Of a stretch of DNA of 41,375 bases, positions 1 to 9,423 are shown one piece after another. The first letter of the stretch is position 1; each line of letters begins with the position of its first letter. This DNA is from Phycisphaerales bacterium (GTDB lineage: Bacteria; Planctomycetota; Phycisphaerae; Sedimentisphaerales; Anaerohalosphaeraceae). The notes below the pieces were generated by a model that worked only from the letters and a program-made list of their open reading frames with translations, made no database searches and was not told where the DNA came from. The stretch is from the NCBI GenBank assembly GCA_011048645.1, contig DSDR01000172.1, forward strand, positions 1-41,375, read 5' to 3'. The translations under genes and the position numbers were made by a program.

Positions 1-315
1 AAATTGACCGTCGCCGTCGGTGTAGAAGACCCAGTCCCTGGACGCAGCGCGAAACCCGCTTTGCAGCGCAGCGCCATAACCGCGATTGGTCGGATGATGC
101 ACCACGCGAATCCGCTTGTTTTCTGCCGCCAAACGATCGGTGATTTCGCCTGTACGGTCGGTGCTGCCGTCATCAACGATGATGATTTCGTAATCGGCGC
201 CGATCGACTCAAGCACATCAACGGCTTTTCGGGTCAGCGGTTCAATCGCCTCTTGTTCATTCCAGCACGGAAAGAACACACTCAGCGAAACGGGATGTGA
301 GTCTGTCGCGGACAT
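1..315 (-). CDS. Family 2 glycosyltransferase, polyprenol-phosphate sugar synthase-like. N-terminal 105 codons only; the gene runs off the left edge.
   Basis: I translated the minus strand from the ATG at 313-315: MSATDSHPVSLSVFFPCWNEQEAIEPL..YEIIIVDDGSTDRT..HHPTNRGYGAAL..FYTDGDGQF. These are the GT-A/GT2 DDGS and DxD-type motifs. The + ORF 4..300 in the track is its antisense shadow. Confidence 0.8.
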   Translation of the reverse strand, partial: MSATDSHPVSLSVFFPCWNEQEAIEPLTRKAVDVLESIGADYEIIIVDDGSTDRTGEITDRLAAENKRIRVVHHPTNRGYGAALQSGFRAASRDWVFYTDGDGQF

Positions 316-370
316 CTTATTCTGTTGGTTTCGGGATTGGCCGCTATTATTCTTTTTGCCGTAAACGTTG

Positions 371-3091
371 CTACCAAATATAGCGTTTCCCAATCTGTTG
401 CGATTCCTCTTGCAGCGATTCGGCCAGCTCCATCAGATCGTCCCTATCCGAGGGGTTAAAGCCGGCCAGATAGCGCGCGGCGATCAGCGCCGCCCCCAGA
501 CGATGAAGGTAGCCGCTTTGTCGGGCCAGCTCTGGTCGATTCGCCTGAAACGACTCCAAAAATTCGCGAATGGTCTGCTCAACCTGATCGCGAAACGCTG
601 CGGAACGCCCAATTTGTGCCAGGGCGATCATGGCGGACGGATACGGACGCTCCTCAAACGCCGCTTTGGCATAGCTTAAAACGTTCGTCACATGACGGGG
701 GTCGTTGGTTTCAAACGTCAACCGCACCAGCGTCAGATTTTTCGAAAACTCATCGGGAAAGATGGCGCTGCCTTCCAGAATGGCATCGACGAGCTGTCGG
801 CCCTGTTGGCTGTCGGTATCGACAATCAGGTGCTGCATTTCATCCACAAAAGCCGTTTTCCAGTTCGGCATGGTCATCAAGGCCCGCATAAAGGTTGAAT
901 CGATCTGCGAACGAGGCATCAGAGCGACCCAGACGTCGCGTTTTTTGAGGTCGCCGTCCAGCCAGCGTCCGATTTGGCGCATTTGCTCGGCGTCGGGCGT
1001 TCTGCCGGAGCGCAGAATTTGCTCGGCAATCGGGCCGCCGGCAAAGATGTGCTGCCACAGCTTGAACGTGTCATGGTCAAACGCCGCCTGAGCGCGACCG
1101 TCCATAAAATGCTGAAGCGGCGTCTTGCCGGTATCGGGGTCGGGATGCTGGCCGAACGCCAGGCCGCCGCCTTCAGTCCAGTAATTAAATATACGTCCGG
1201 TCAGCTTGTTGGCGTTGATGAAATCGCACACCTCAAACGGCTTTTGATGCGAATCGGTCATTCGCATAAACAGCGAGTCGCGCATATCGTCGCGCGGCCA
1301 CGGGGCGATATAAATACGATGAAACTTCCCGCCCCAATACAGCCCCAGGCCGATCACCAGTCCCGTCGCCGCCAGCCAGGCGTATCTTTGCCAGTGCGGC
1401 GGAACGGCGGCCGGCTGAAGGGTTTGCGTCTGTTTCCAGCGGCGCAATGCCGTAACCATCTGCCAAATCTGGAGTGTAAACATAGCCAATATCGGCGAGG
1501 CCGACGGGCCGGCAATGGCGATAAATCGGCGGGACTGAAACGCCATATACACCGTCAGCGCCCCGACGAGAATCAGGGCGATGTCGATTTTGGGCCAGCC
1601 TGCATCCGCCGGCGGAGGGCCGGCGGTTGTATGGCGCGGTCCTTTGCGTGCCGGACGCAGCGCAGGTTTGCGGGTATGCAGTATGGCCCAGACCGTCAGC
1701 AGCACCGCGGCGGCAATCAGCATCACAGCGAACGCTTCCTCATCGCCGACGGGGTTGGGTGTTTCTCGGGCCGGATCCATCCAGTCAAACGCCGGACGCC
1801 ATTCATTGACGGTGCGCCACGAGGCGGCGTGCTCGCTGATGCTGATCTCGAAGGTGTGCGTCAGATTGGTCAGCCGAAACGGGTTAAACACCACCATCGC
1901 CAGAAACGACACCGCCCCGGCCGCCAGCACGTGGCCGATGGTCTTGTTCGGAATCCGCACAAAGCGTTCTTTGCAGACGGCCAGCAAAACCACTATCAGC
2001 ACGCCCGAGGCCAGCAACAGCAGAAAACCCGTTGTGTTGCTGATCATAAAATGGTCAAGGATGCGGCGAAACTGCGGGTTGATATGAGCCGGAATGTCCA
2101 GTTGAAATCCCGCCAGAAGCACGACGGGATAAACAAGACCTGCAACGATGTGGAACGTGTAAAAAAGCCCCGCCGGAACACGACGCACGGCGGCAAGACC
2201 GCACCCGATCACCGCCAGCACGACGCCGGTCAACAAGACACGGTTGGCCAGGCTTATTTTTTCATAGTCCGGCTGCATAAACCGCATGGTTTCCAGATAG
2301 TACGAATTGGTGTGAAATTTGTAGTAGAGCACATACAGCACCATCCACAAACCCGACAGTCCCAGCGCAATCGTCCATCGCCGCGGCAGATTCAGCAAAA
2401 TATGCACCGCCACAAACGGCGTCATCATGATATAAGCGTAGATATAGCCGCCATGGACATTGGCCCAGAACACAATCAGCGGAATCATCAGCCAGATGAT
2501 TTTGTGGTGTTTGTAGCAGCTCAGCGCCAGCAGCAGGATAAACAGCGGCACCAGCAGATTGGAATAACAGGCCGGACGGATATCATAAAACGACCGCCCG
2601 ATGACCATCGCACAGCAGGCGGCAATCATCGACAGAAAATCCCCCGCGCCCAGCACTCTGCCCAGCGCATAGACCACAAAAATTGTGGTCATAAAAAGCG
2701 CGAATTTCCAATAGACCATCGCATTGTAATGCGGCTCTGATTCGTCGCCGAACCACACGGCCAGCTTGTAAAAGGTCAGATGCGTCAGCCAGTTTTGATT
2801 GATCCAGCCGGTCGGGTGCCAGAAACGAATCAGGCCGTGCATCCACTCAGGCCGGTCGGCAAGCTGTTCGTCGGTCGGGCCGGGCGGATGGGAGTTGAAA
2901 CTGAACGGTTCGACGGTATCCACGCCGTGATTGGCAAAATGCCGCCCGCATGCCAGCGCAACCCACGTATCTCCGGCCGCAACCATGTGTGTCGAGGCGT
3001 ACAGCCCGAACAGCACAAGAGCAGCCAGAATGACCGGTTTTTTCCAGCGAATTTCCGGTTCCGTATTCAGGGGGTCGATTAGGTCAGCCAT
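371..3091 (-). CDS. Large polytopic membrane protein with a soluble helical C-terminal domain; possible GT-C-type glycosyltransferase (function unknown)
   Basis: 906-aa ORF. The first ~590 aa hold many hydrophobic helices and the last ~320 aa are soluble. The ATG at 3089-3091 overlaps the aminotransferase stop by 13 nt. It lies directly upstream of the GT2 gene. I cannot assign a family from sequence alone. Confidence 0.55.
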   Translation of the reverse strand: MADLIDPLNTEPEIRWKKPVILAALVLFGLYASTHMVAAGDTWVALACGRHFANHGVDTVEPFSFNSHPPGPTDEQLADRPEWMHGLIRFWHPTGWINQNWLTHLTFYKLAVWFGDESEPHYNAMVYWKFALFMTTIFVVYALGRVLGAGDFLSMIAACCAMVIGRSFYDIRPACYSNLLVPLFILLLALSCYKHHKIIWLMIPLIVFWANVHGGYIYAYIMMTPFVAVHILLNLPRRWTIALGLSGLWMVLYVLYYKFHTNSYYLETMRFMQPDYEKISLANRVLLTGVVLAVIGCGLAAVRRVPAGLFYTFHIVAGLVYPVVLLAGFQLDIPAHINPQFRRILDHFMISNTTGFLLLLASGVLIVVLLAVCKERFVRIPNKTIGHVLAAGAVSFLAMVVFNPFRLTNLTHTFEISISEHAASWRTVNEWRPAFDWMDPARETPNPVGDEEAFAVMLIAAAVLLTVWAILHTRKPALRPARKGPRHTTAGPPPADAGWPKIDIALILVGALTVYMAFQSRRFIAIAGPSASPILAMFTLQIWQMVTALRRWKQTQTLQPAAVPPHWQRYAWLAATGLVIGLGLYWGGKFHRIYIAPWPRDDMRDSLFMRMTDSHQKPFEVCDFINANKLTGRIFNYWTEGGGLAFGQHPDPDTGKTPLQHFMDGRAQAAFDHDTFKLWQHIFAGGPIAEQILRSGRTPDAEQMRQIGRWLDGDLKKRDVWVALMPRSQIDSTFMRALMTMPNWKTAFVDEMQHLIVDTDSQQGRQLVDAILEGSAIFPDEFSKNLTLVRLTFETNDPRHVTNVLSYAKAAFEERPYPSAMIALAQIGRSAAFRDQVEQTIREFLESFQANRPELARQSGYLHRLGAALIAARYLAGFNPSDRDDLMELAESLQEESQQIGKRYIW

Positions 3092-4263
3092 TTCTGGATA
3101 CGCGCTATGCCTTTTTCAATCTGCTCCATCGAACAGGCGAAGCTCAGCCTGACATTATTGGGACAGCCGAACGGATCGCCCGGAACAACCGCAACCAGCG
3201 TCTGTTCGAGCAGCGCGGCGGCAAAGTCCATACTGTTGGCGATCTCGGCTCCGCCGATAGTGCGTCCGTAGTGCGCCGAGACGTCGGGGAAACAGTAAAA
3301 CGCCCCCTGCGGAGCGGCGCAGCGGATGCCGTCGATGGCGTTGAGTTTTTCGGCCATAAACCGGCCGCGTTTTTCGAATTCCAATCGCATTTTTTCGACA
3401 GCCCCGGTCGCGTCTTTCAAGGCCGCAATCGCCGCCGGCTGCGTGAAGGTCACGGGGTTTTGGGTCATATGATCCTGCATCCGCGACATGGCCTTCATCA
3501 CGTCCTTCGGCCCGGCGGTATAGCCCAGTCGCCAGCCAGTCATCGAAAACGACTTGCTCAGCCCGTTGATCGTCAGCGTGCGGTTATAGGCATCCTCACT
3601 GATGGCGGCAAAACTAAGAAACTGCGTACCGTCATAGACCAGCCGTTCATATATCTCATCGGACAGGACCATCACTTTTGTCCCCTCCAACACAGACGCC
3701 AAAGCCCGCAATTCGTCTGGACTGTAGCAAAAGCCGCCGGGATTGTTGGGCGAATTGAGCACCAGCAGAGCGGTCTTGTCGGTGATCGCGGCCTTCAGTT
3801 GATCAGGGGTAATTTTATAGCCCGTCCGGGCAGAGGTTTCCAGGATGACCGCCTTGCCGCCGGCCAGCTTGGTGGTTTCCGGGTAGGTGACCCAATAGGG
3901 CGCCGGCAGCAACACCTCGTCGCCCGGATCCAGCACCGTCTGCATTGTCATATAAACCGAATGCTTGGCGCCGATATTGACGACAATCTGCTCAAATGAA
4001 TAGTCCAGCCCGTTTTCCCGTTTCAGTTTTTCGGCGATGGCCTTTCGCAGTTCCGGCGTGCCGGCGGCGGGGGTGTATTTGGTCTGGCCTTTTTTCAGGG
4101 CCTCAATGGCGGCCTCCTTAATAAAGTCCGGCGTGTCAAAATCCGGCTCACCAGCGGCAAACCCAAGAACATCCATCCCCCGGGCCTTCATTTCCTTGGC
4201 TCGACTGGTTACGGCAATGGTTGCTGACGGCGGTACGGCGGCTGCGCGCTGACTGACTTTCAT
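3079..4263 (-). CDS. Aspartate/aromatic aminotransferase, PLP-dependent class I
   Basis: 394 aa. Motifs: GEPDFDTP, PAPYWVTYPE, NSPNNPGG, and LSKSFSMTGWRLGY (PLP-lysine motif SKxxxMTGWR), typical of bacterial AspAT. Confidence 0.9.
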   Translation of the reverse strand: MKVSQRAAAVPPSATIAVTSRAKEMKARGMDVLGFAAGEPDFDTPDFIKEAAIEALKKGQTKYTPAAGTPELRKAIAEKLKRENGLDYSFEQIVVNIGAKHSVYMTMQTVLDPGDEVLLPAPYWVTYPETTKLAGGKAVILETSARTGYKITPDQLKAAITDKTALLVLNSPNNPGGFCYSPDELRALASVLEGTKVMVLSDEIYERLVYDGTQFLSFAAISEDAYNRTLTINGLSKSFSMTGWRLGYTAGPKDVMKAMSRMQDHMTQNPVTFTQPAAIAALKDATGAVEKMRLEFEKRGRFMAEKLNAIDGIRCAAPQGAFYCFPDVSAHYGRTIGGAEIANSMDFAAALLEQTLVAVVPGDPFGCPNNVRLSFACSMEQIEKGIARIQKWLT

Positions 4264-4608
4264 ACGGCTCTCAACCTTTCCTGGAAAAAGAGGGACAATA
4301 TGTTTTTAATTCAAGACATTCCGCAGTCCGGTATTAAACCAGCCCGTCATCTGCCGGTCAAGTCAAATCCACCCAAAAAGTCTGCGGTTCGGGCCGCATT
4401 GAATTTAGGTATTGTCATCGGAATACTCTGAAATGTCGGTTTGTGTTACGCCCTGTGCATCCCCCCTCGAACGGGACAATTTGATGAACCCGTCATCTTT
4501 ATAGAGACACGCCTCGTGTGCACACAAGTGCGCCACACGGAACCTGTTCGGACAGCCCGGATACTCCCCCTGCCTGCTGCGACCGCGGTGTCGCTTCGGC
4601 CATACACA

Positions 4609-5493
4609 TCATAACATCGGCAAATAGCCGCGATTCATCCACTCCAAGTCGGCGTTGTCCGGCTGTAAGCGTGTGTTAATATCTCCTTTCATGAGATCAA
4701 GCGTTCGCTTGTCTTCCCATCGCCGTTTTTCGGCGTGACCGTCGGCAAACCCAAGCGTACTTTGTTTATTATGATAATATGCCGGCCAATCCCACCATTC
4801 CCAGAAATTACCGTTGCCCATCAACACAAACCCGCCCAGGTTCCATCGCTGCTGCTTGACGGAGACGTCTTCTTCAACGAACACGTATTTGTTACCCGGC
4901 GACCGAATGTCTGTAAAACGAACGGCCACCTTCAGCTCGCGCGACCCGCTGCCGGGAAACTGCGCAACGCGGTATTGTGAAATAGGACCGTAAATGCCTC
5001 CTGAACGGCTGATAAAATCTTCCCCATTCATCAAGCCGGGAATCGCGTAGCTGCGATACACATCAAATGGCGGCATTTCCCTCACGTTCGTCCGATCCCC
5101 CGGACAATGATACAACTTGACATCGCCCGTGTAGGGGTACAATCTGCCGGCGCGAATGCCGTTGAGCCGATGTTCAAGTGTAATGGCGTCGTCAGCCGGG
5201 ACGGGACTGGATTCAGGATTATCGCCGTCTTGAAACAAAGGGCGCTCAACCCAGCGATAGGGTGTGGCACGAGTACCGGAATAATAAGTCGAACCGCCGA
5301 CCAGCCGCCCGTCAAAATCGCCCTGATAGAGGTGCCAAGCGGTCGATAACCCTTTTTGATTGCTCAAACACACCGCGCCGGTGGCGATTTCCTTGGCCAC
5401 ACGCAGCGACGGGATAATAATCGACAGCAACAGAGCGATAATGGCGATCACCACCAGCAGTTCGATTAACGTAAAGGCCCTTGCGCGTCCCAT
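4609..5493 (-). CDS. Prepilin-type N-terminal cleavage/methylation domain protein with C-terminal H-X9-DG motif (DUF1559-like pseudopilin)
   Basis: The N-terminus MGRARAFTLIELLVVIAIIALL is the prepilin peptidase motif. The C-terminus has YYHNKQSTLGFADGH, which is H-X9-DG. An AAGGAG SD sits 6 nt before the ATG. Confidence 0.85.
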   Translation of the reverse strand: MGRARAFTLIELLVVIAIIALLLSIIIPSLRVAKEIATGAVCLSNQKGLSTAWHLYQGDFDGRLVGGSTYYSGTRATPYRWVERPLFQDGDNPESSPVPADDAITLEHRLNGIRAGRLYPYTGDVKLYHCPGDRTNVREMPPFDVYRSYAIPGLMNGEDFISRSGGIYGPISQYRVAQFPGSGSRELKVAVRFTDIRSPGNKYVFVEEDVSVKQQRWNLGGFVLMGNGNFWEWWDWPAYYHNKQSTLGFADGHAEKRRWEDKRTLDLMKGDINTRLQPDNADLEWMNRGYLPML

Positions 5494-5568
5494 ATCAGTC
5501 TCCTTTATAGAAGAAATCAGAATTTGCTATTTCAAGAGATATAACCCCTTGAATTCAACTTGGCACAC

Positions 5569-5601
5569 GGGCTATAAGCTCTTTGATTTTTATTATAGCC
5601 C
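5569..5601. repeat. Inverted repeat GGGCTATAA-N15-TTATAGCCC in the spacer between the cusA stop and the pseudopilin-like gene start
   Basis: Read directly: 9-bp perfect arms at 5569-5577 and 5593-5601. No U-run follows on either strand, so it is not a canonical terminator. Confidence 0.5.
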
Positions 5602-5731
5602 AAACGACAGATGCAAATCAACAAGAAAATGCATTAAAAAAAATATATCGAACTTAGCAATCGGTTTTTAATGTCTCAAAAGCAATTATTCCGTGTTATT
5701 TTGCAAAAACGCGGCTTACAGACGTTTTTTT

Positions 5732-8700
5732 TTATTCATTTTGGGCCTTGGCGACGGTGGCCTTGTGAAACTTGCGTTCCTGCATCAGGCAGAAAATGAC
5801 GGGCACAATCAGAATATTCGTAATCGCCACGACCATCCCGCCAAAGGACGGAATGGCCATCGGGATCATAATGTCGGCCCCCCTGCCGGTCGAGGTCAGT
5901 ACGGGCAACAGGGCCAAAATCGTCGTGGCGCTGGTCATCAGGGCCGGCCTGGCCCGCCGATGAGCGGCCTCGATGACGGCGTTTCGAATTTGTCCGACGG
6001 TAGCGGGAGTTTGCTGTCCGTCGAAGCGCTGGGTCAGGTAGGTCATCATCAGTACCCCATCGTCCGTGGCGATACCGAACAGGGCCAAAAACCCCACCCA
6101 GACTGCCACACTGAGATTGTACGGATGAATGTTAAGCAAATCGCGAAAATTCGTCCCCAACAGTGAAAAATCCATAAACCATCTCTGATTATACAGCCAG
6201 AGCATAATAAACCCGCCCGACCAGGCCGTAAAAATGCCGGTAAAGACCAGCAGCGTTCGCGGGACAGTATGAAACTGGAAAAACAGAATAATGAAAATAA
6301 CGCCCAGCGCCACCGGCAGTACCACGCGCAGCGTTTTTTGGGCGCGAACCTGATGTTCATACGTACCGGCGAAACGATAGCTCACACCGGCGGGGATCTC
6401 CAACTGGCCGGCGTGGATTTTGTCGGTCAGAAAGTCAGCCGTCTGTTCGACGACATCCACTTCGGCAATGCCCTCCCGCCCGTCAAACAGCACATATCCG
6501 ACCAGAAAAGTATCTTCGCTTTTAATGACTTGCGGGCCGCGGGTGTATTCGATGTCGGCAAGCTGAACCAGCGGAATCTGGACGCCGCCGGGCGCCGGTA
6601 CAAGGACGCGGCCGATGGCCGAGATCTCGTCGCGCAGCTCGCGCAGATAGCGTACGCGAACCGGATACCGCTCTCGCCCTTCCACTGTCATCGTGATAGG
6701 TTTTCCGCCGATGGCCACTTCGATGACCTGCTGAACATCATCGACGCGCAGACCGTAGCGGGCAATGGCCTCTCGGTCGATACGAATCTCCAGATAAGGC
6801 TTGCCGACGATCCGGTCGGAAAAGACCGTTGATGGATCAATTGAGGGGACTTGTTTGAGCAATTCTTCCATTCGCAATCCGACGCGTTCGATGGTTTCCA
6901 AGTCAGGCCCGAAAATCTTGACGCCCATCGGGGCGCGCATCCCGGTCTGAAGCATCACCAGTCGGGTCTCAATGGGCTGGAGCAGCGGAGCGCTGGTCGT
7001 GCCGGGGATTTTGGCGACGCGAACGATTTCATCCCAGATGTCGCGCGGCGTTTCAATGTGGTCGCGCCATTGGCGAATCGCCCTGCCCTCGTCGTCGGTC
7101 ACCAACCGGCCGTGTTCGTCGCGTTTGTACTTGGTATGATAGTCGATGACCGTCTCAATCATCGAAATCGGCGCCGGATCGAGCGGACTTTCGGCTCGCC
7201 CGATTTTGCCGACGACGGTTTTGACCTCCGGTATGGAGGCAATCGCGGCGTCGATCTCCTGCAGGACATCCAGCGCTTCGCCGATGGAAGCGTGCGGCAT
7301 CGTCGTGGGCATATACAGAAACGATCCTTCGTCCAGCGAGGGCATAAACTCACGTCCCAGACTGCGCCACGCCGCCACGCCGGACAGCACCAGCGCCGCC
7401 GCCAAGACAAGAAAGACTGTTTTGAACTGCAGACAGATTTCCAGAATCACCGGATAGAAGCGATACACCAGATAAATCAATAACAGCAATGCCGCCACAA
7501 CTACCGCCACAAAGAGGATATTATGTGCGTTGCCCTTGTCCGGGCCGAGCGGCAGCCACTCTATACCCAGCAGAACGGTAATTAAAATAACGGCAATCAC
7601 GTCAAGAATCCGACCGCTCCATTTGGCTTTAAGCGAGGGCTGCGTTTTGCGGCGGATTTTTTTATACAGCAGATACGCCAGCGGCGGAATGACAAACACC
7701 GCCGAAAAAGCCGCGGCCAGCAAGGCAAAGGTTTTGGTATAGGCCAGCGGTTTGAAGAGTTTGCCTTCCGAGCCGACCATCGTAAAGACCGGCAGAAAAC
7801 TGACAATGGTCGTGGCAATCGCCGCCAGCACCGCCGAACCGACTTCGACCGCAGCGCTGTGAATCACCTGGATAGAGGATTCGTCCGGCCCGGCCTCATC
7901 CAGTTTGCGAACGATGTTTTCACAAATCACAATCCCCATATCGACCATGGTGCCGATGGCGATGACAATGCCGGACAAGGCAACAATGTTGGCGTCGATG
8001 CCGAATAACTTCATCGCGATAAAGCACATCAAGACCGACAGCGGCAGCAGGCCGGAAATCAGAATCGAGCTGCGAAAATTGCGCAGCAAAATAAGAATGA
8101 CCAGTACGGTAATCAGCACTTCGTGGGAAATCGCATCATAGAGCGTGCCGAGCGTTTCGTAAATCAGGCCGGTGCGGTCATAAAACGGCACAATCCGAAC
8201 CTGACTGACCGTCCCATCGGGCAGTGTTTTTCGCGGCAGACCCGGGGCAATCTCGGCGATTTTTTCTTTGACGTTTTGAATTACCGCAAGCGGATTTTCG
8301 CCGTACCGCACTACGACGACGCCGCCGACGGCCTCGGCGCCGGCCTTGTCCAGCGCCCCGCGGCGCAGCGCCGGTCCGTGCGACACATGAGCTATATCGC
8401 GGACGCGAATGCCGACATTATCCCGCATGGCGACAACCGTATTTTCGACGTCTTCCAGGCTTTTGATGAATCCGATGCCGCGGATAAGGTACTCGGCGTT
8501 ACTGATTTCAATCGTCCGCGCGCCCACATCACGATTGGACGCCTGCACGGCCATCACAATATCGCTCAGCGCAACGCCGGCGACGCGCATGGCGTCGGGA
8601 TCCACGTCGATTTGATATTCACGAACATAACCGCCGACCGAGGCGACCTCGGCAACCCCGCGCGCCGACTGAAGCGCATACCGCACCGTCCAGTCCTGAA

Positions 8701-9271
8701 TGCTGCGCAGCTCGTCCAGATCCCAGCCGCCGGTCGGATGACCGTTTTCGTCGTGCCCTTCGAGTGTGTACCAAAAGACCTGTCCCAGCGCTGTCGCGTC
8801 CGGACCGAGCATCGGCGTTACGCCGGACGGCAGTGTGCCGGACGGCAGCGAATTCAGACGTTCAATGATCTTGACGCGCGACCAGTCAAAATCCGCGTCC
8901 TCATCAAAAATCACAAAAATGCTCGAAAAGCCGAACATCGAAATGCTGCGAACGCTGCGCACCTTGGCCATACCGAGCAGGTTGGCCGTTAACGGATAGG
9001 ACACTTGATCCTCAATATCCTGCGGGCTGCGGCCGGGCCACTCGGTAAAGACAATCTGCTGGTTTTCGCCGATGTCGGGGATGGCGTCCACGCCGATAGG
9101 GGCGCGCTCAAGAAACGGGATGTCCCAGTCGAACGGCGCAAAGGCCACGCCGGCCCATACAAAGCCGATCACAGCCAATATCATCACCAGGCGATTCGTT
9201 ACGCAAAACCAAAGCAACCCGGCCAGCAGCCCTTTTTCAGACGGCTTTTCCTGTGTTGTCGGCACATTCAT
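5732..9271 (-). CDS. cusA: CusA-type heavy-metal efflux RND inner-membrane permease (HME-RND)
   Basis: N-terminus AIPDIGENQQIVFTEWPGRSPQDIEDQVSYPLT. The contexts FLYMPTT, APISMIETV and RLVMLQTG align, from memory, with the E. coli CusA Met573/Met623/Met672 Cu(I)/Ag(I) triad. I moved the start to ATG 9269-9271 (MNVPTTQEK), which has GAGG ~9 nt upstream. The track ORF extends to 9307. Confidence 0.9.
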   Translation of the reverse strand: MNVPTTQEKPSEKGLLAGLLWFCVTNRLVMILAVIGFVWAGVAFAPFDWDIPFLERAPIGVDAIPDIGENQQIVFTEWPGRSPQDIEDQVSYPLTANLLGMAKVRSVRSISMFGFSSIFVIFDEDADFDWSRVKIIERLNSLPSGTLPSGVTPMLGPDATALGQVFWYTLEGHDENGHPTGGWDLDELRSIQDWTVRYALQSARGVAEVASVGGYVREYQIDVDPDAMRVAGVALSDIVMAVQASNRDVGARTIEISNAEYLIRGIGFIKSLEDVENTVVAMRDNVGIRVRDIAHVSHGPALRRGALDKAGAEAVGGVVVVRYGENPLAVIQNVKEKIAEIAPGLPRKTLPDGTVSQVRIVPFYDRTGLIYETLGTLYDAISHEVLITVLVILILLRNFRSSILISGLLPLSVLMCFIAMKLFGIDANIVALSGIVIAIGTMVDMGIVICENIVRKLDEAGPDESSIQVIHSAAVEVGSAVLAAIATTIVSFLPVFTMVGSEGKLFKPLAYTKTFALLAAAFSAVFVIPPLAYLLYKKIRRKTQPSLKAKWSGRILDVIAVILITVLLGIEWLPLGPDKGNAHNILFVAVVVAALLLLIYLVYRFYPVILEICLQFKTVFLVLAAALVLSGVAAWRSLGREFMPSLDEGSFLYMPTTMPHASIGEALDVLQEIDAAIASIPEVKTVVGKIGRAESPLDPAPISMIETVIDYHTKYKRDEHGRLVTDDEGRAIRQWRDHIETPRDIWDEIVRVAKIPGTTSAPLLQPIETRLVMLQTGMRAPMGVKIFGPDLETIERVGLRMEELLKQVPSIDPSTVFSDRIVGKPYLEIRIDREAIARYGLRVDDVQQVIEVAIGGKPITMTVEGRERYPVRVRYLRELRDEISAIGRVLVPAPGGVQIPLVQLADIEYTRGPQVIKSEDTFLVGYVLFDGREGIAEVDVVEQTADFLTDKIHAGQLEIPAGVSYRFAGTYEHQVRAQKTLRVVLPVALGVIFIILFFQFHTVPRTLLVFTGIFTAWSGGFIMLWLYNQRWFMDFSLLGTNFRDLLNIHPYNLSVAVWVGFLALFGIATDDGVLMMTYLTQRFDGQQTPATVGQIRNAVIEAAHRRARPALMTSATTILALLPVLTSTGRGADIMIPMAIPSFGGMVVAITNILIVPVIFCLMQERKFHKATVAKAQNE

Positions 9272-9285
9272 AGATGCAACCTCTA

Positions 9286-9419
9286 AAATCCGAAATCCGA
9301 ATAGCAAAACACAATCGAATATCAGAATATTTTATGCTCACACCAACACCCCTGACTATCTCTGTCATTGGGGATTTTTATATTGTGAGTTTGTTTCGTA
9401 TTTCGGGCTTCGGGCTTCG
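9286..9419 (-). repeat. Structured intercistronic spacer: tandem heptamers (AAATCCG x2) inverted relative to tandem heptamers (CTTCGGG x2), with nested inverted repeats between them
   Basis: Read directly. aaatccgaaatccgaata lies at 9286-9303 and tatttcgggcttcgggcttcg at 9399-9419. Inner arms are CTCACA 9337-9342 / TGTGAG 9384-9389 and CCCCTGAC 9349-9356 / GTCA-tt-GGGG 9364-9373. Confidence 0.6.
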
Positions 9420-9423
9420 AAAT

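Noticed and set aside
4-300. + strand 98-aa ORF at the left edge
   Set aside because: The opposite strand translates into an unmistakable GT2 N-terminus (IIIVDDGSTDRT..), so this ORF is its antisense shadow.
974-2740. Long + strand ORF (588 aa) opposite the 906-aa membrane protein. Similar long antisense ORFs occur at 8123-8992, 9274-11442 (722 aa), 17396-18214, 20000-20710, 22701-23411, 26439-27494, 28336-29004, 30712-31515 and 36725-37432.
   Set aside because: All are fully nested opposite genes whose products have clear family motifs. Their translations are Arg/His/Gln/Gly/Pro-rich low-complexity strings without recognisable domains or SD-linked starts. This is typical of shadow ORFs in GC-rich DNA.
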